NCBI GenBank assembly: GCA_020184695.1
Contig: JAANOX010000243.1
Span: 186,001-250,000 of the forward strand
Direction of reading: 5' to 3'
Source: Histomonas meleagridis 2922-C6/04-290x
Taxonomy: Eukaryota; Protista; Parabasalia
Length of the DNA: 64,000 bases
Of the stretch, positions 11,609 to 23,886 are shown piece by piece. Within the stretch, counting starts at the first letter, position 1. The number at the start of each line of letters is the position of its first letter. The notes under the pieces are model-generated. The model was given only the letters and a program-made list of their open reading frames with translations. It searched no databases and was not told the origin of the DNA. The position numbers and the translations under genes were made by a program.

Positions 11609-11941
11609 TTATTTCTTACCTTTCCTACCTTTTGGTGCAGCTTCTGCCTTTGGGGCTTCTTCAACTACTTCTTCTTTTGCACCGGCAGGACGTCCATAAG
11701 CAACAAGCTTTGAATGCTTGATCAAGCAAACAATCTTGCCGTCAGCTTCGAGTTGCTTCAAAACTTGACGAGCAACTGTAAGGGAAATCTTATAACGATC
11801 TGCAAGTTTGGATGGTGTGATGAGTTTGCTGCGTGGGACAGCCTTTTCTATTTCTTCAGCAACTTCTGAAAGAAGGACTGTTGCCCAATCCCTCTTTTCC
11901 TTGTTTGTAGTCTTTGTCCACTTCTTTTTGACTTGTGGCAT
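11609..11941 (-). CDS. RPS25: 40S ribosomal protein S25 (eS25)
   Basis: KKKWTK...KLITPSKLADRYKISLTVARQVLKQLEADGKI...HSKLVAY. True ATG at 11941 (MPQVKKKW); GCGGTT M3-like motif at 11962-11967 on the minus strand. Confidence 0.92.
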   Translation of the reverse strand: MPQVKKKWTKTTNKEKRDWATVLLSEVAEEIEKAVPRSKLITPSKLADRYKISLTVARQVLKQLEADGKIVCLIKHSKLVAYGRPAGAKEEVVEEAPKAEAAPKGRKGKK

Positions 11942-12210
11942 TACCAAATTATCATGGCCATAACCGCTGCTATCAATCAAATAAACTATTCAAATAATAG
12001 TAAGGCATTTTTGCCACTTTTTTCATTTCATCTTTTTGATGGATTGATGGAAACAACATATTTTAACAAGGAATCTCACAGCTGTATAAAACGCGCGTCA
12101 CATCCACCCTACATTTTCTTGACTGAAATTTTCAAGAAAATCACACAAATATTTGATTAAAAAATGTAAAAAAAATTAATGGAATGTTTAAGTCCATCTT
12201 TCATGGTTGC

Positions 12211-12636
12211 TTACCTTGTACCACCGGCTTTGTAAACACGAGCATTGATTTCTTGCTCATCTAATTCATCAAGTGAATCAGCATCAATTGCAATTGATAT
12301 TTGGTTGATGACCTTTTCAACATCACCTCTGTGAAGGTTCATCTTTGCCTTTGTGTTCATACGTGTTCCTTTAGCGATGTATTTAATGAAAACAAATTTA
12401 GAACGTATAGATAATTCATCACCTGTAGTTACACGAAGGTAACCATAACCAATGAACTTATCATCAATTGCAGCCTTCATTTCATCAAGACCACCTTCAC
12501 CCTTTCCATGGAGTGTCCAAACAGTTTGGTTAGATCCATCTTTGTATGTTATGAGCATCCAATTAATTGGGGATTTGTCGCTACGAACTTCTTCGTAGGC
12601 TTGCATAATTTCAGGATCAGAGCAATCAGAAGTCAT
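12211..12636 (-). CDS. Coactosin-like ADF-H actin-binding protein
   Basis: AYEEVRSDKSPINWMLITY...GEGGLDEM...GYGYLRVTTGDELSIRSKFVFI...KAGG. ATG at 12636 is immediately preceded by Inr TCACTT. Confidence 0.85.
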   Translation of the reverse strand: MTSDCSDPEIMQAYEEVRSDKSPINWMLITYKDGSNQTVWTLHGKGEGGLDEMKAAIDDKFIGYGYLRVTTGDELSIRSKFVFIKYIAKGTRMNTKAKMNLHRGDVEKVINQISIAIDADSLDELDEQEINARVYKAGGTR

Positions 12637-12957
12637 AAGTGAAGTCAAAAAAATGATGGACAAATTCCATTTGGCTTATATTGAATTCCCTTTCAATTTT
12701 TCAATTAAATTTGAGCGTTCAAGAATTTCGGAAATTAATAAAGTTATCTTTGTGTTGTCTTAACTTTGTGGCTATATTAATGCATTAATAAAAATTAAAT
12801 ATTAGAAAGTATGTTAGTATGAGTTTAGAAATTAACATGATATTGATTTTATAATTTCAAGAAAAAAATTTGAGTAAACACTTTATGACACACAAAAAAT
12901 AAATACAAATTATCAATAAGCAAACAAGGATTTTAATGTTATGAAAATGTAATAATT

Positions 12958-13212
12958 TCATTTTAAGGAACTTTGATATTTAAGGATTGAGATGCGATGT
13001 GAGATAGAAGCTTCTGTCCAAAACACATCGACTTCTTTAGGAATTTCTTGAAATGAAGGAAGACAGAAATTTTCTGATTTCCATTCTGGTTTTTGATCTC
13101 CAATTTCTTCACATAATTTTTCAAATTCATTTCTTGTCTTTAAGACAATCTTTTGGTACGTGTTGATTTTTCTCCACCATTTTTGTATCTTTTTTGCATA
13201 TTCATCTTCCAT
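12958..13212 (-). CDS. Small IQ-motif-containing protein
   Basis: AKKIQKWWRK IQ-like motif at the N-terminus. ATG start, divergent from RPA3, with ACGGTT upstream (13238-13243, minus strand). Confidence 0.5.
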   Translation of the reverse strand: MEDEYAKKIQKWWRKINTYQKIVLKTRNEFEKLCEEIGDQKPEWKSENFCLPSFQEIPKEVDVFWTEASISHRISILKYQSSLK

Positions 13213-13287
13213 CTCTAAAATTTCCTAAACGGAAAATAACCGTTTGCAACGTGAAGTCACTCCAAAAGACGTTAGAAAAAACACAAA

Positions 13288-13599
13288 ATGGCAACACCGC
13301 GTGTTAATGGCCAAACATATCGCAAATATGAAGGAGAAGTTGTAAGGATTGTTGGGGCTGTAGTTGATGGAAACGGTTCACCTAAAAAAATCAGAACGAC
13401 AGATGGACAAATTGTTTTAATACATCCAAATGGATCATCTAATGGATTTACAGCTGAATATGTTGAAGTCACAGGAAGGGTTCAAGCAGATGGAGCCATT
13501 GTTGAAGTTATGTCAGTCCCAATAACATCAACCATTGATAATGATGCCTGGAATCAAATGGTCCAACTAATGGAACAACACAAGGAAATCTTCCAATAA
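13288..13599 (+). CDS. RPA3: Replication protein A 14-kDa subunit (OB fold)
   Basis: TPRVNG...YEGEVVRIVG...TTDG...EYVEVTGRV...D...WNQMVQL. Size and pattern fit RPA3/Ssb3. Confidence 0.8.
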   Translation: MATPRVNGQTYRKYEGEVVRIVGAVVDGNGSPKKIRTTDGQIVLIHPNGSSNGFTAEYVEVTGRVQADGAIVEVMSVPITSTIDNDAWNQMVQLMEQHKEIFQ

Positions 13600-13733
13600 A
13601 TTTCTCTAAATTTTTTTCTTTTTTTTTTCACATAAAATTACAAATCATAAAAACATTTCACAATAAAATAATAAAACTTTATTGAAAACCATTTTTTTGT
13701 ATACAAACACAAACACATTTATTATTATTATTT

Positions 13734-16700
13734 TCATATATTTCCTTTCATTTGTAAATTTAATCTTTTTGTATTTATCTGTATAAACTTCTGAATTTCG
13801 ACGGCTCTTTTGTCATCCTTTGGGAGCATTTCACAGACTCTGTTCAGATATGGCAATAGTTCAGTTGCCTGAATGAAGCTTGACAAGTCGACATGTTTCC
13901 TTAGTGAGTTCAAGATCATTATTGCAGCCTTAATAATTTTCGGGTGTTGATAATTTTCGTCACATAAAACTTGGTTTATAGCCGCCAATAAATCCTTTGG
14001 GATTTGAGCTAATTTCGCATCATCAACAGCTGCAAGTAAACGAAATGATTGTAATACTATCAATGGGACGTCTTGCATTGTTAACTTTAAGATATATATT
14101 TGTAAATCTCGGACTTGTACACATCCGGGATTTTTCTTTACTAATGCGACCAAAGTATCCAAAATTTTCTCTTTTAAAGTATATTCATATAACAACGAAT
14201 GTAATAAACAAGAAGCGATTAAAGGAATTTGTGGAATTTCTATTTGGAATTTCATAGCATTTCTTAGAATTGTATAAGAAGAATTCGTATCGATTAAAGA
14301 AGAAGATACAAACATTTGTACAAACATATCAAATATTCCATTTTCGGATAATATTTTACATCCGATTGAATGGAATGACATCGAAAACATTAAACGAACA
14401 GCAGCATTTAATACCGTTTGTTCACCAGAGAAAGAAGAAGCCAAAATGTGAATGATTCCATCCATATATTTTGTGTTTAAACAAAACTCAGAAGAATCAG
14501 TAAGCGCTACAAGTATTTGTAATCGAGAAGCTATATAACCATTCATTTCTAATAATGATTGAAGGACTTCATGTTGTGATATAATTTTTGGTGATATATC
14601 TAATTTTGATAAACAAAATAATAAGAATAATGATGAAGTAATAATTTGTGGTTTATCTTTCCGTAAATAATTCGATAATATATTTAATATTGTATTATCT
14701 TTTAATACTTTCTCAAATATATGATCTTGTTTATTGTTTTGATCGATTTTTAATAAGAACTTTTGATATTTATCCGATAAATTTAAATTTAATGGTATCG
14801 CTTGAAGAATATTTATAACTAATATTGGTTGAATATCAATACTATTACCAATCAAATTAAAGATACAATCAATATAATTTTGATTAATATAATAATTCGG
14901 TGAAATAAACTCCGCAAATACGCGAAGTTTCGTAACATCAAAATTAGATAATATATGTTGACATAATAATGTTAAATGTGAAATAGAATCAAATGTACGT
15001 TGATCATCAACATCAGTAGATAAAACTGTGGGTAACGCATTTGATATTTTCTCTAAATGATTTTGTAATAAGTTATCTCCAAATTTATCAATAAATTGTA
15101 AGATATATTTATTGGGTGTTTGATCATGATCACCAAGTAAATCAATGATTTGTGGTAAGTAATCAAGTGAACGTGTTGTTAATAATTGATTAGAAATTTT
15201 TGTAGCAAATGATAAGGCTGCAACATATGAATCTTTCTTTTGCATTTCTAATGCAGAGATAAACATTTGCATTCCGCCGGAATCTAAAAATTGACTAAAC
15301 TCTTCATCACTTAATAAAAATTCACTAGCTAATAATAATATGGATGGAATATTGGTCTTTGATTTGGATAAGTTGAAAATGATCTTCTCTTTGGATAATA
15401 ATTCAATCAAATTGTCATCTTTATGATTGATTATAAAATTGGTGACACTATTGAAATACTCATCATTTGGATTTCGTAATACGGTTAACAGGTAATCTGC
15501 GCTTAAAAGTGGACAATGATGTTCGTTTTCAACAGAATCCCAGTCGATTCGTTCGGAATCTGGAAAATATATTTGGTTATTTCGAAACATTTTAACAATC
15601 TCTTCAAATGTTGGCCTTTCATCTGGATTTTTACTCCAACATCGTGTTATTAACTTCTTTAATCCTTTAGGACATTCTTTATTAAGTTCTAATCTCCAAT
15701 TACATGTGACAACATATTCATATATTTGTTCACGATTCTTGTTTTCAAATGGTAGCTTTTTACGTAGCATCTCCCATAATACTATTGCATATGAATAAAC
15801 ATCAACTTTTCGTTCATAATTTAAACCTGCAAAAATTTCTGGCGCCATGTATTGGGGTGTCCCAACTTTTCTATTGATTACATCGTCACTTTTAATTCTG
15901 CGGCATAAACCGAAATCTGAAATTTTGGCATTATTATAACTGTCAAGTAAAATATTCAAAGTTTTGAGGTCACGATGAACAAAATTGTTTTTGTGGAGAC
16001 AATCCATTCCTGATGCTACTTGGTATGCTATTTTTGTGAGTTCAGTAGAAGTAAGAGGAGTTGAGTTGCCAGAGTGAAGTCTGTCAAAAAGAGATCCTCC
16101 TGAATAATATCTTGTTAAAATTCGAAAAGGATATGAAATATGTGCACCAACAAGTTTAGCTGAGTGTATACTTCTTACTTTGTCCATTGCAAGAATTTCA
16201 GTACAAAAGGAATTGAAGATATTGACCAAATATCCATCTCTTGCAATTCGCATTTCTTTAACTGCAACAATTTCAGCTGTTTTCTTAAATATGCCTTTGT
16301 AAACAACGCCGAACGCACCTGTTCCAGTAGTTTCAAGTATAATAATTTCATTGTCATTTTTAATGAAAATATCTGATTTAACTTTTTGGAGATTTGAAAG
16401 AAATTTTTCTGTGTTGACCCTTTGCTTCTTGGTGAGAAAGAGATTGTTAGAAAAGATAAATGAAAGTGCTTTTTCTTTAAAAGGGAGATCTGATGGATCA
16501 ACCGAAATGTCATTGGTTAATTTAAATAGTTGACAGTAATTATAACACTGACTGATATCATCTTGCTCTGGATCAATTTTTATCTTGAATTTTTTTTCTA
16601 ATTTTATAAGAGATTTATCAATTTCTTCTTTAAAACGTTTTCGTATTTCATATATATTCATAATTGGACGTGTTAGATCTTCGGAATACTCTTTGACTAC

Positions 16701-16976
16701 TTTTTCAAACCAGTTTCTTTGGGTAAAATCTTGTATTAAAACTGAAAAATCTTTTAAAATATCTGCAATTTTAGAAAAGGTTGATGAATAAGCATTAATA
16801 TTTGCTGTTAGGCTTGGATTTAAAGTATAGATTTTTAAACACATTGCAAATTGATGAATTTGTTTATCAAATTCATTTACAGTGTAAGAAAATACACAGC
16901 ACTTGGAAGCATCCTTGTTTATGATCTTTGCAAATGAAAATATTTGCTCTATATAATCATTGGCTTCTGCTTTCAT
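13734..16976 (-). CDS. TKL family protein kinase with long helical (ARM-like) C-terminus
   Basis: GTGAFGVVYKG, VAVK, HRDLKTLNILL, DFG, GTPQYMAPE, DVYSYAIVLWEM and CWSKNPDERPTF. Intact 1080-aa ORF. Confidence 0.93.
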   Translation of the reverse strand: MKAEANDYIEQIFSFAKIINKDASKCCVFSYTVNEFDKQIHQFAMCLKIYTLNPSLTANINAYSSTFSKIADILKDFSVLIQDFTQRNWFEKVVKEYSEDLTRPIMNIYEIRKRFKEEIDKSLIKLEKKFKIKIDPEQDDISQCYNYCQLFKLTNDISVDPSDLPFKEKALSFIFSNNLFLTKKQRVNTEKFLSNLQKVKSDIFIKNDNEIIILETTGTGAFGVVYKGIFKKTAEIVAVKEMRIARDGYLVNIFNSFCTEILAMDKVRSIHSAKLVGAHISYPFRILTRYYSGGSLFDRLHSGNSTPLTSTELTKIAYQVASGMDCLHKNNFVHRDLKTLNILLDSYNNAKISDFGLCRRIKSDDVINRKVGTPQYMAPEIFAGLNYERKVDVYSYAIVLWEMLRKKLPFENKNREQIYEYVVTCNWRLELNKECPKGLKKLITRCWSKNPDERPTFEEIVKMFRNNQIYFPDSERIDWDSVENEHHCPLLSADYLLTVLRNPNDEYFNSVTNFIINHKDDNLIELLSKEKIIFNLSKSKTNIPSILLLASEFLLSDEEFSQFLDSGGMQMFISALEMQKKDSYVAALSFATKISNQLLTTRSLDYLPQIIDLLGDHDQTPNKYILQFIDKFGDNLLQNHLEKISNALPTVLSTDVDDQRTFDSISHLTLLCQHILSNFDVTKLRVFAEFISPNYYINQNYIDCIFNLIGNSIDIQPILVINILQAIPLNLNLSDKYQKFLLKIDQNNKQDHIFEKVLKDNTILNILSNYLRKDKPQIITSSLFLLFCLSKLDISPKIISQHEVLQSLLEMNGYIASRLQILVALTDSSEFCLNTKYMDGIIHILASSFSGEQTVLNAAVRLMFSMSFHSIGCKILSENGIFDMFVQMFVSSSLIDTNSSYTILRNAMKFQIEIPQIPLIASCLLHSLLYEYTLKEKILDTLVALVKKNPGCVQVRDLQIYILKLTMQDVPLIVLQSFRLLAAVDDAKLAQIPKDLLAAINQVLCDENYQHPKIIKAAIMILNSLRKHVDLSSFIQATELLPYLNRVCEMLPKDDKRAVEIQKFIQINTKRLNLQMKGNI

Positions 16977-17721
16977 GCACTGATACTTTTTGTAAACTAC
17001 TTAGAAACAGTTTTGGGGTGTACCAAATAATTCCATAACCGCCAATTTAACCAATTTAATCCCCTATTGCAAAAGATAGATACACATTGGATTCCTCTTA
17101 ACTTGATAGAGGAATGTTCATGTATTTGATTTTTGTCCAAAATTCTGAGTTTAAGTAAAAGTATTAAAAAAATAAAAATTATTTTAACTTTTCAATATGA
17201 GCATCAATACAATGAATTAAAACCATACAATGAATTACACCTTACCATTTTTATTGCTCATTATTGTTTAGAAATCAATACATTATAAAATATATCATGA
17301 TATGAAATCAATCAGTTTTAGCTATAAAATGAAAATAATATCATTAATTATGAATTATAGTGAAAACCATCTCAGATTTTAAAAATCTTTATAAATAATT
17401 TTTTTTTCATAGAGATAATTATTGAAGGTCGGAAAAAATCATGATGATTCTTTGATTTTTAGAATTTGATTAAAAGACAAAATTTCTTTGGTCTTTAGTA
17501 CGTGAGAAAATTTTTCTGAAAGAATCGCGCTGATTCAGTCAGGGCTGACTAAGGCCACCTTTTTTTGAATAACCAGGGATTTGAATACTTGAACCATCAA
17601 AATTCAATACTTCCTTCTGAATATATTTGTTGGAATTTGGGTTTGATTGGTTTATGGAACTTAACATCCTTCCAAATTTCTTTTGATTGGCATTTTTTTA
17701 AAAATCCTTTTCACAATTAAA

Positions 17722-20700
17722 ATGTTGGTGGCCTTTCTTTTTGCGATATTTTCAGGCAAATTTATTTCTTGCCTAGATTGTAGAACAATTACTGGGGTTG
17801 AAACTATTGAGAAATCGGAAGGAAAAGATGAATGCATCATTATTGGCGATGATGTTAAAACAATCGGAAATGGTGCTTTTAGCTATTGGAGCTCTTTACA
17901 AGAAATTACAATTGGTAGTTCTATAGGTTTAATTGATCAATATGCATTCTATAATTGCCAAAAACTAAAAACTGTAACTATTAAAAATAGTGTCACACAG
18001 ATTGGTGATAAAACATTCGAGTTATGCACACAATTAACAAGCTTAACGCTCAATGTAATTCAATCAATTGGTCAATATGCATTTGGTCAATGTTTAAATC
18101 TAAAAAGTATAACACTTGGAAATCCACTTCAAACCATTGGTGCTGTAGCATTTCAAAAATGTGAAAATCTATTAAAAATCACCATCCCAAATAATGTTCA
18201 AAATCTCGAATTACAAACTTTCATTGGATGCATCAGCTTAACAGAAGTGATTATTGGTGATTCTGTTCAAAGTATTGGCCAAAGTGTTTTTGATGGATGC
18301 TCATCATTATCATATGTAGTTGTAGGAAAATCAGTTACATCAATACATATTACAGCTTTTAGTCGTCATCGAAGTCTTCAAACTGTTATATTTAAATGTG
18401 AAAATCTTAAAGAAATTAGTGAAGGTATGTTCATTGAATGTTATGGTTTGAGTAGTCTTACATTATGTTCATCTATTGAAAGAATTGCAGATACTGCATT
18501 TGAACATTGTTCAGAATTATCACAAATTTCATTTTCAGAAGGTTTAATCTCTATCGGAAATGCAGCATTTCGTTATTGTGATCGTTTAGCAACAGTTACA
18601 CTTCCACAATCATTAAAAACTATCGGAAATTATGGATTTGAACAATGTATAAATCTTGTTGAAATTACAATTCCAGATAATGTCAATTCGGTTGGTGAAT
18701 GTGTATTTCGTAAATGTGAAAAATTACAAGAAGCTATTATTGGTAATTCAGTTCCAAATATTCCATATGGATTTTTCGAAGGATGTACAGCATTAGAATA
18801 TTGTAAGATAGGCAATGCCTGTAAAACTATTTATGAATATACATTCCATGATTTTTATGAATTGAAAACAGTTATATTAGGGGATGCACTGATAAATATT
18901 TCTGATGGACTTTTCTTCTATTGTAAAAGTCTTACTAGTATTACATTTGGAAAATCGATTGAAATAATTGGTTATAATGCATTTGAAAATTGTTTAGCTT
19001 TACCTTCTGTAATTCTTTCTGATTCAGTTAGATTGATTTATGCAGAAGCATTTATGAATTGTCGAGGATTGAAAAGTATTATACTTTCTGAATCATTAGA
19101 AGTAATTGGCTCTGATGCATTTTTGTTTTGTATCAGTTTGACTGATATTGAATTTAAGGAAGCCTTAACAGATATTGGACATGAAGCCTTTAAATATTGC
19201 TCAAATATGACATCATTTGCACTTCCACAATCATTAAAAACTATTGGAGATTATGCATTTGAAGAATGTTCGAGCCTTTTAGAAATTAAAATTCCTGATA
19301 ATGTTAATTCATGTGGTGAATGTGTATTCCGTTCATGTGTGGAATTAATTAAAGCTGTTATTGGAAATTCAGTTTCTGAAATTGAATTCGGATTTTTCCA
19401 AGCTTGTAAGAAATTACAAGATGTTATTATTGGTAATGGTGTTCAAGTTCTTGGTCAAGCGATTTTTGATGGATGTACAGCATTATCATATGTTGTTGTT
19501 GGAAAATCTGTTACATCAATACATAGTTCTGTTTTTGGATATCATCAAAACCTTAAAACAGTTGTGTTTTTATGTCAAAATCTTAAAGAACTTACTGGAG
19601 GTTTATTCATTGGTTGTTATGGTTTAAGTAATGTAACATTCGATGCTCCTATTCAATCAATTGGCGAGGGTGCATTTGATCTTTGTAGTCAATTAACTTA
19701 TGTAACTCTTTCAGAAGGTTTAATCTCAATAGGAAATGCAGCATTTCGATATTGTAAAAGTTTAGCTGAAGTTACACTTCCTGAATCATTAACATCAATC
19801 GGTGATTATGCTTTCGAGCAATGTCAAAGTCTTGTTGAAATTACAATTCCTGATAATGTTAATTCTGTTGGTGGTTATATGTTCCGTTCATGTTCAAAGT
19901 TATCAAAAATTATTATTGGTAATTCAGTTCCTGAAATTCCTTCAGGATTTTTCCAAGGCTGTTCATTGTTATCATATGTTGTTATTGGCGATTCTATTGA
20001 AACTCTTACGAAACAAAACTTTGAAGTTTGTAGTTCATTAACATACTTTGTAATTGGTAACAAAGTTACATCTATTGATGTTAATTTATTTTCGAAATCA
20101 ACAACATTAAATACTGTTATCATTGGTGATTCACTTGAAACTATTCCTAGTAAGTTGTTTTCTTATTGTGAAAATTTGGAGAAAGTTACATTTGGAAAAT
20201 CAGTTACAACTATTGAATCTTATGCATTTGAACATTGTATCAAACTTAAAAGTATTATTTTACCTGAATCTTTAATAACAATTTCAAGTTATGCATTTTC
20301 TGCTTGTTCAGGTTTTGAAGAAATAACATTACCAAATTCACTTGAAACAATTGGAGAATATGCATTTTCAAATTGTTTAAATTTACAAAATATTACAATT
20401 GGAGATTCAGTTAAAACACTTCCAGAATATTTGTTCAATGGATGTGAATCATTAGAATATTTTATTAATGGAAATAATGTTCAAAGTATTGAATCAAATG
20501 TATTTAAAGGGTGCAATAAATTGAAATATATCGAAATTGGTAATTTAGTTACAACATTATCATCAAATTTATTTGCTGGGTTACTTTCATTAAATACTGT
20601 TATCATTGGCGATGCACTTGAAACTATTCCTAGTAAATTATTTTATTATTGTGAAAATTTGGAGAAAGTTACAATTGGAAAATCAGTTACAACTATTGAA

Positions 20701-22575
20701 TCGAATGCATTTCAAGAATGCACTAAACTTAAAAGTATTATTTTACCTGAATCTTTAACAACAATTGGAAGTTATGCATTTGCTGATTGCTCGAATATCA
20801 AACAAATTGTAATTCCTAATAAAGTACAAACAATTGGAGAATATGCATTTTCAAATTGTTTAAATTTACAAAATATTACAATTGGAGATTCAGTTAAAAC
20901 ACTTCCAGAATATTTGTTCAATGGATGTGAATCATTAGAATATTTTATTAATGGAAATAATGTTCAAAGTATTGAATCAAATGTATTTAAAGGGTGCAAT
21001 AAATTGAAATATATCGAAATTGGTAATTTAGTTACAACATTATCATCAAATTTATTTACTGAATTACTTTCATTAAATACTGTTATCATTGGCGATGCAC
21101 TTGAAACTATTCCTAGTAAATTGTTTTATCAATGTACAAACTTAGAAAGCATTACATTTGGTAACTCAGTTTCAACTATTGAATCGAATGCATTTCAAGA
21201 ATGCACTAAACTTAAAAGTATTATTTTACCTGAATCTTTAACAACAATTGGAAGTTATGCATTTGCTGATTGCTCGAATATCAAACAAATTGTAATTCCT
21301 AATAAAGTACAAACAATTGGAGAATATGCATTTTCAAATTGTTTAAATTTACAAAATATTACAATTGGAGATTCAGTTAAAACACTTCCAGAATATTTTG
21401 TTCAATGGATGTGAATCATTAGAATATTTTATTAATGGAAATAATGTTCAAAGTATTGAATCAAATGTATTTAAAGGGTGCAATAAATTGAAATATATCG
21501 AAATTGGTAATTTAGTTACAACATTATCATCAAATTTATTTGCTGGGTTACCTTCATTAAATACTGTTATCATTGGCGATGCACTTGAAACTATTCCTAG
21601 TAAATTGTTTTATCAATGTACAAACTTAGAAAGCATTACATTTGGTAACTCAGTTTCAACTATTGAATCGAATGCATTTCAAGAATGCACTAAACTTAAA
21701 AAGTATTATTTTACATGAATCTTTAAACACAATTGGAAGTTATGAATTTGCTGATTGCTCGAATATCAAACAAATTGTAATTCCTAATAAAGTACAAACA
21801 ATTGGAGAATATGCATTTTCAAATTGTTTAAATTTACAAAAATATTACAATTGGAGATTCGGTTAAAAACACTTCCAGAATATTTGTTCAATGGATGTGA
21901 ATCATTAGAATATTTTTTATTAATGGAAATAATGTTCAAAGTATTGAATCAAATGTATTTAAAGGGTGCAATAAATTGAAATATATCGAAATTGGTAATT
22001 TAGTTACAACATTATCATCAAATTTATTTGCTGGGTTACCTTCATTAAATACTGTTATCATTGGTGATTCACTTGAAACTATTCCTAGTAAATTGTTTTA
22101 TCAATGTACAAACTTAGAAAGCATTACATTTGGTAACTCAGTTTCAACTATTGAATCGAATGCATTTCAAGAATGCACTAAACTTAAAAGTATTATTTTA
22201 CCTGAATCTTTAACAACAATTGGAAGTTTTGCATTTGATTATTGCTCAAGTTTGGAAAACATTACACTTTCAGAGTCATTAACCAAAATTGGAAACTTTG
22301 CATTTTCTGAATGTAAAAAGTTGAATTGCATAATATATCTCGGCGACCAAAGTCCGAAGTTGTCCACTTCTTCATTCCACAAAGTTCCATGCAAAGCAGT
22401 AATTACATCCACGTCATATGCCGATGATTCATTTGGTAATTTACCTGTTTACAAAGTTGACTTCCCAAGTGAATGCATTGAAGATATTGACATTCCATCA
22501 TCAGGAATACGAAATCATATTTCTAAATCATTGTTTTATGCAATGATTTTGATGGTGTTTGCTGCAATCATTTGA
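17722..22575 (+). CDS. BspA-like (TpLRR/LRR_5) surface protein; frameshifted in its tandemly duplicated 3' part
   Basis: Many 23-aa repeats of the type L..ITLP.SL.TIG.YAF..C. Hydrophobic N-terminus (MLVAFLFAIF) and hydrophobic C-terminus. Frameshifts between about 21.39 and 21.92 kb are single-base additions in homopolymers. Confidence 0.88.
20344..22230 (+). repeat. ~483-bp (161-aa, 7 x 23 aa) near-identical tandem repeat, about 4 copies, inside BspA
   Basis: TTGGAGAATATGCATTTTC recurs at 20351, 20834, 21317 and 21802 (spacing 483, 483, 485). Confidence 0.9.
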
Positions 22576-23200
22576 AATCAAGATAACAAAAATGATTTTC
22601 CGAAATGAGAATCAACTTAAATTTTTAAAAAATTTCACCAATTAAATTATTTTTAATGTTTTATTGTGTCAATTACTGTAATGTTATTTTTGATTCTTTA
22701 GTGATAATTCATTTGTTTTTTAAATTTTGTGTCTTAACTTTAAATTTTTAGATATGTTTCATTGAAGAAATTTGATTATCTGAAAGATTTCATTTTGAAC
22801 CGAATAATTCAATAAACAGTAACTATTTCATTAAATAAAACCATTAAAAAATATCGACTATATATTTATTTATATAATATTTTCAAAATAAATGAGATTT
22901 TATATAAATAATAATTTTATTCCATCTATTGTTGAATTTCGTGGGCGTAATTGAGGTTATCATATGTAGCAAAATTGCATGGTTTGATGCTTAACACAAC
23001 AATATGAATTGAATTATTGAACAACAATATGTTTTTTGGGATACTCTCGAGGATAGAATTAACGAATAGTGAAATGTTATTGAAAAATTTTATGCTAATT
23101 TTTTACCTTTATTACATGTAATCAATGAATTATATCATTCCCTTTTATATTTCAAGCAAAATTAAAGCAAAAAATTATTTTGTTGGAATAATGGATTATT

Positions 23201-23626
23201 TTATTTATCATAGATCCATTCACCTGTGTTTAAATCGAAAAAATCGGAAAAATGAATCAATGCATGAAAGTCTCTGCCATATTGCCTGGCTCTTGTTTGG
23301 TAATTATATTTAAATGAAATATTATAATACCTTCCAGTGTTTGTTTTGCGTACAAGTCCATTTGCAATAAAAAAATTTAATATTTTTTTATGTCTTTCAA
23401 TGTCATCACCATTTAAATAAAAACAACAAACACCAATACTTAGGTTACTATGTTTTGCTTCTACTACATAATTACCTTCAACGGCATTTTTACAGATCTT
23501 TTCAGCAAGTTCCCTATCATTAAAAAAATACATCCATTTACCAGATTTGTCACGTTGAAGTTCATCAGCATTACCAATATAATATACCCAGCTACAGTCT
23601 GAAATAATTTTTATTTTTGGAAGCAT
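23201..23626 (-). CDS. Bacterial-like hypothetical protein, DUF1917/eIF4E-like-fold pattern
   Basis: Intact 141-aa ORF. SGKWMYFF...AKHS...VCCFY...ISFK...QTRARQYG follows the DUF1917 motif order (recognised by eye). Confidence 0.5.
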   Translation of the reverse strand: MLPKIKIISDCSWVYYIGNADELQRDKSGKWMYFFNDRELAEKICKNAVEGNYVVEAKHSNLSIGVCCFYLNGDDIERHKKILNFFIANGLVRKTNTGRYYNISFKYNYQTRARQYGRDFHALIHFSDFFDLNTGEWIYDK

Positions 23627-23886
23627 AATAAATATATGATTTATACTTGAGTTACATCACTTGGTGGTTAATTATGTGTTAAATTTATTTACATTGAATT
23701 TAATTATCAAATACATTCAAATAAAAAGTACGTCAAAAAAATGGATATTTCGAAATCAATTTTTTCAAAATATATATTTTTTAAGTCCAATCTTAATTAT
23801 TTTTGATGTATATCATATTTTTTGCAAAATTATAATGATTATCATACTTTTTATTCGCGATAATAAATATCAGAACAATTCTTCGA

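Noticed and set aside
12190-12225. Possible intron at the 3' end of the coactosin-like gene (AG|GTAAGC)
   Set aside because: No trichomonad-type ACTAAC...CAG 3' signal follows; the simple stop is adequate.
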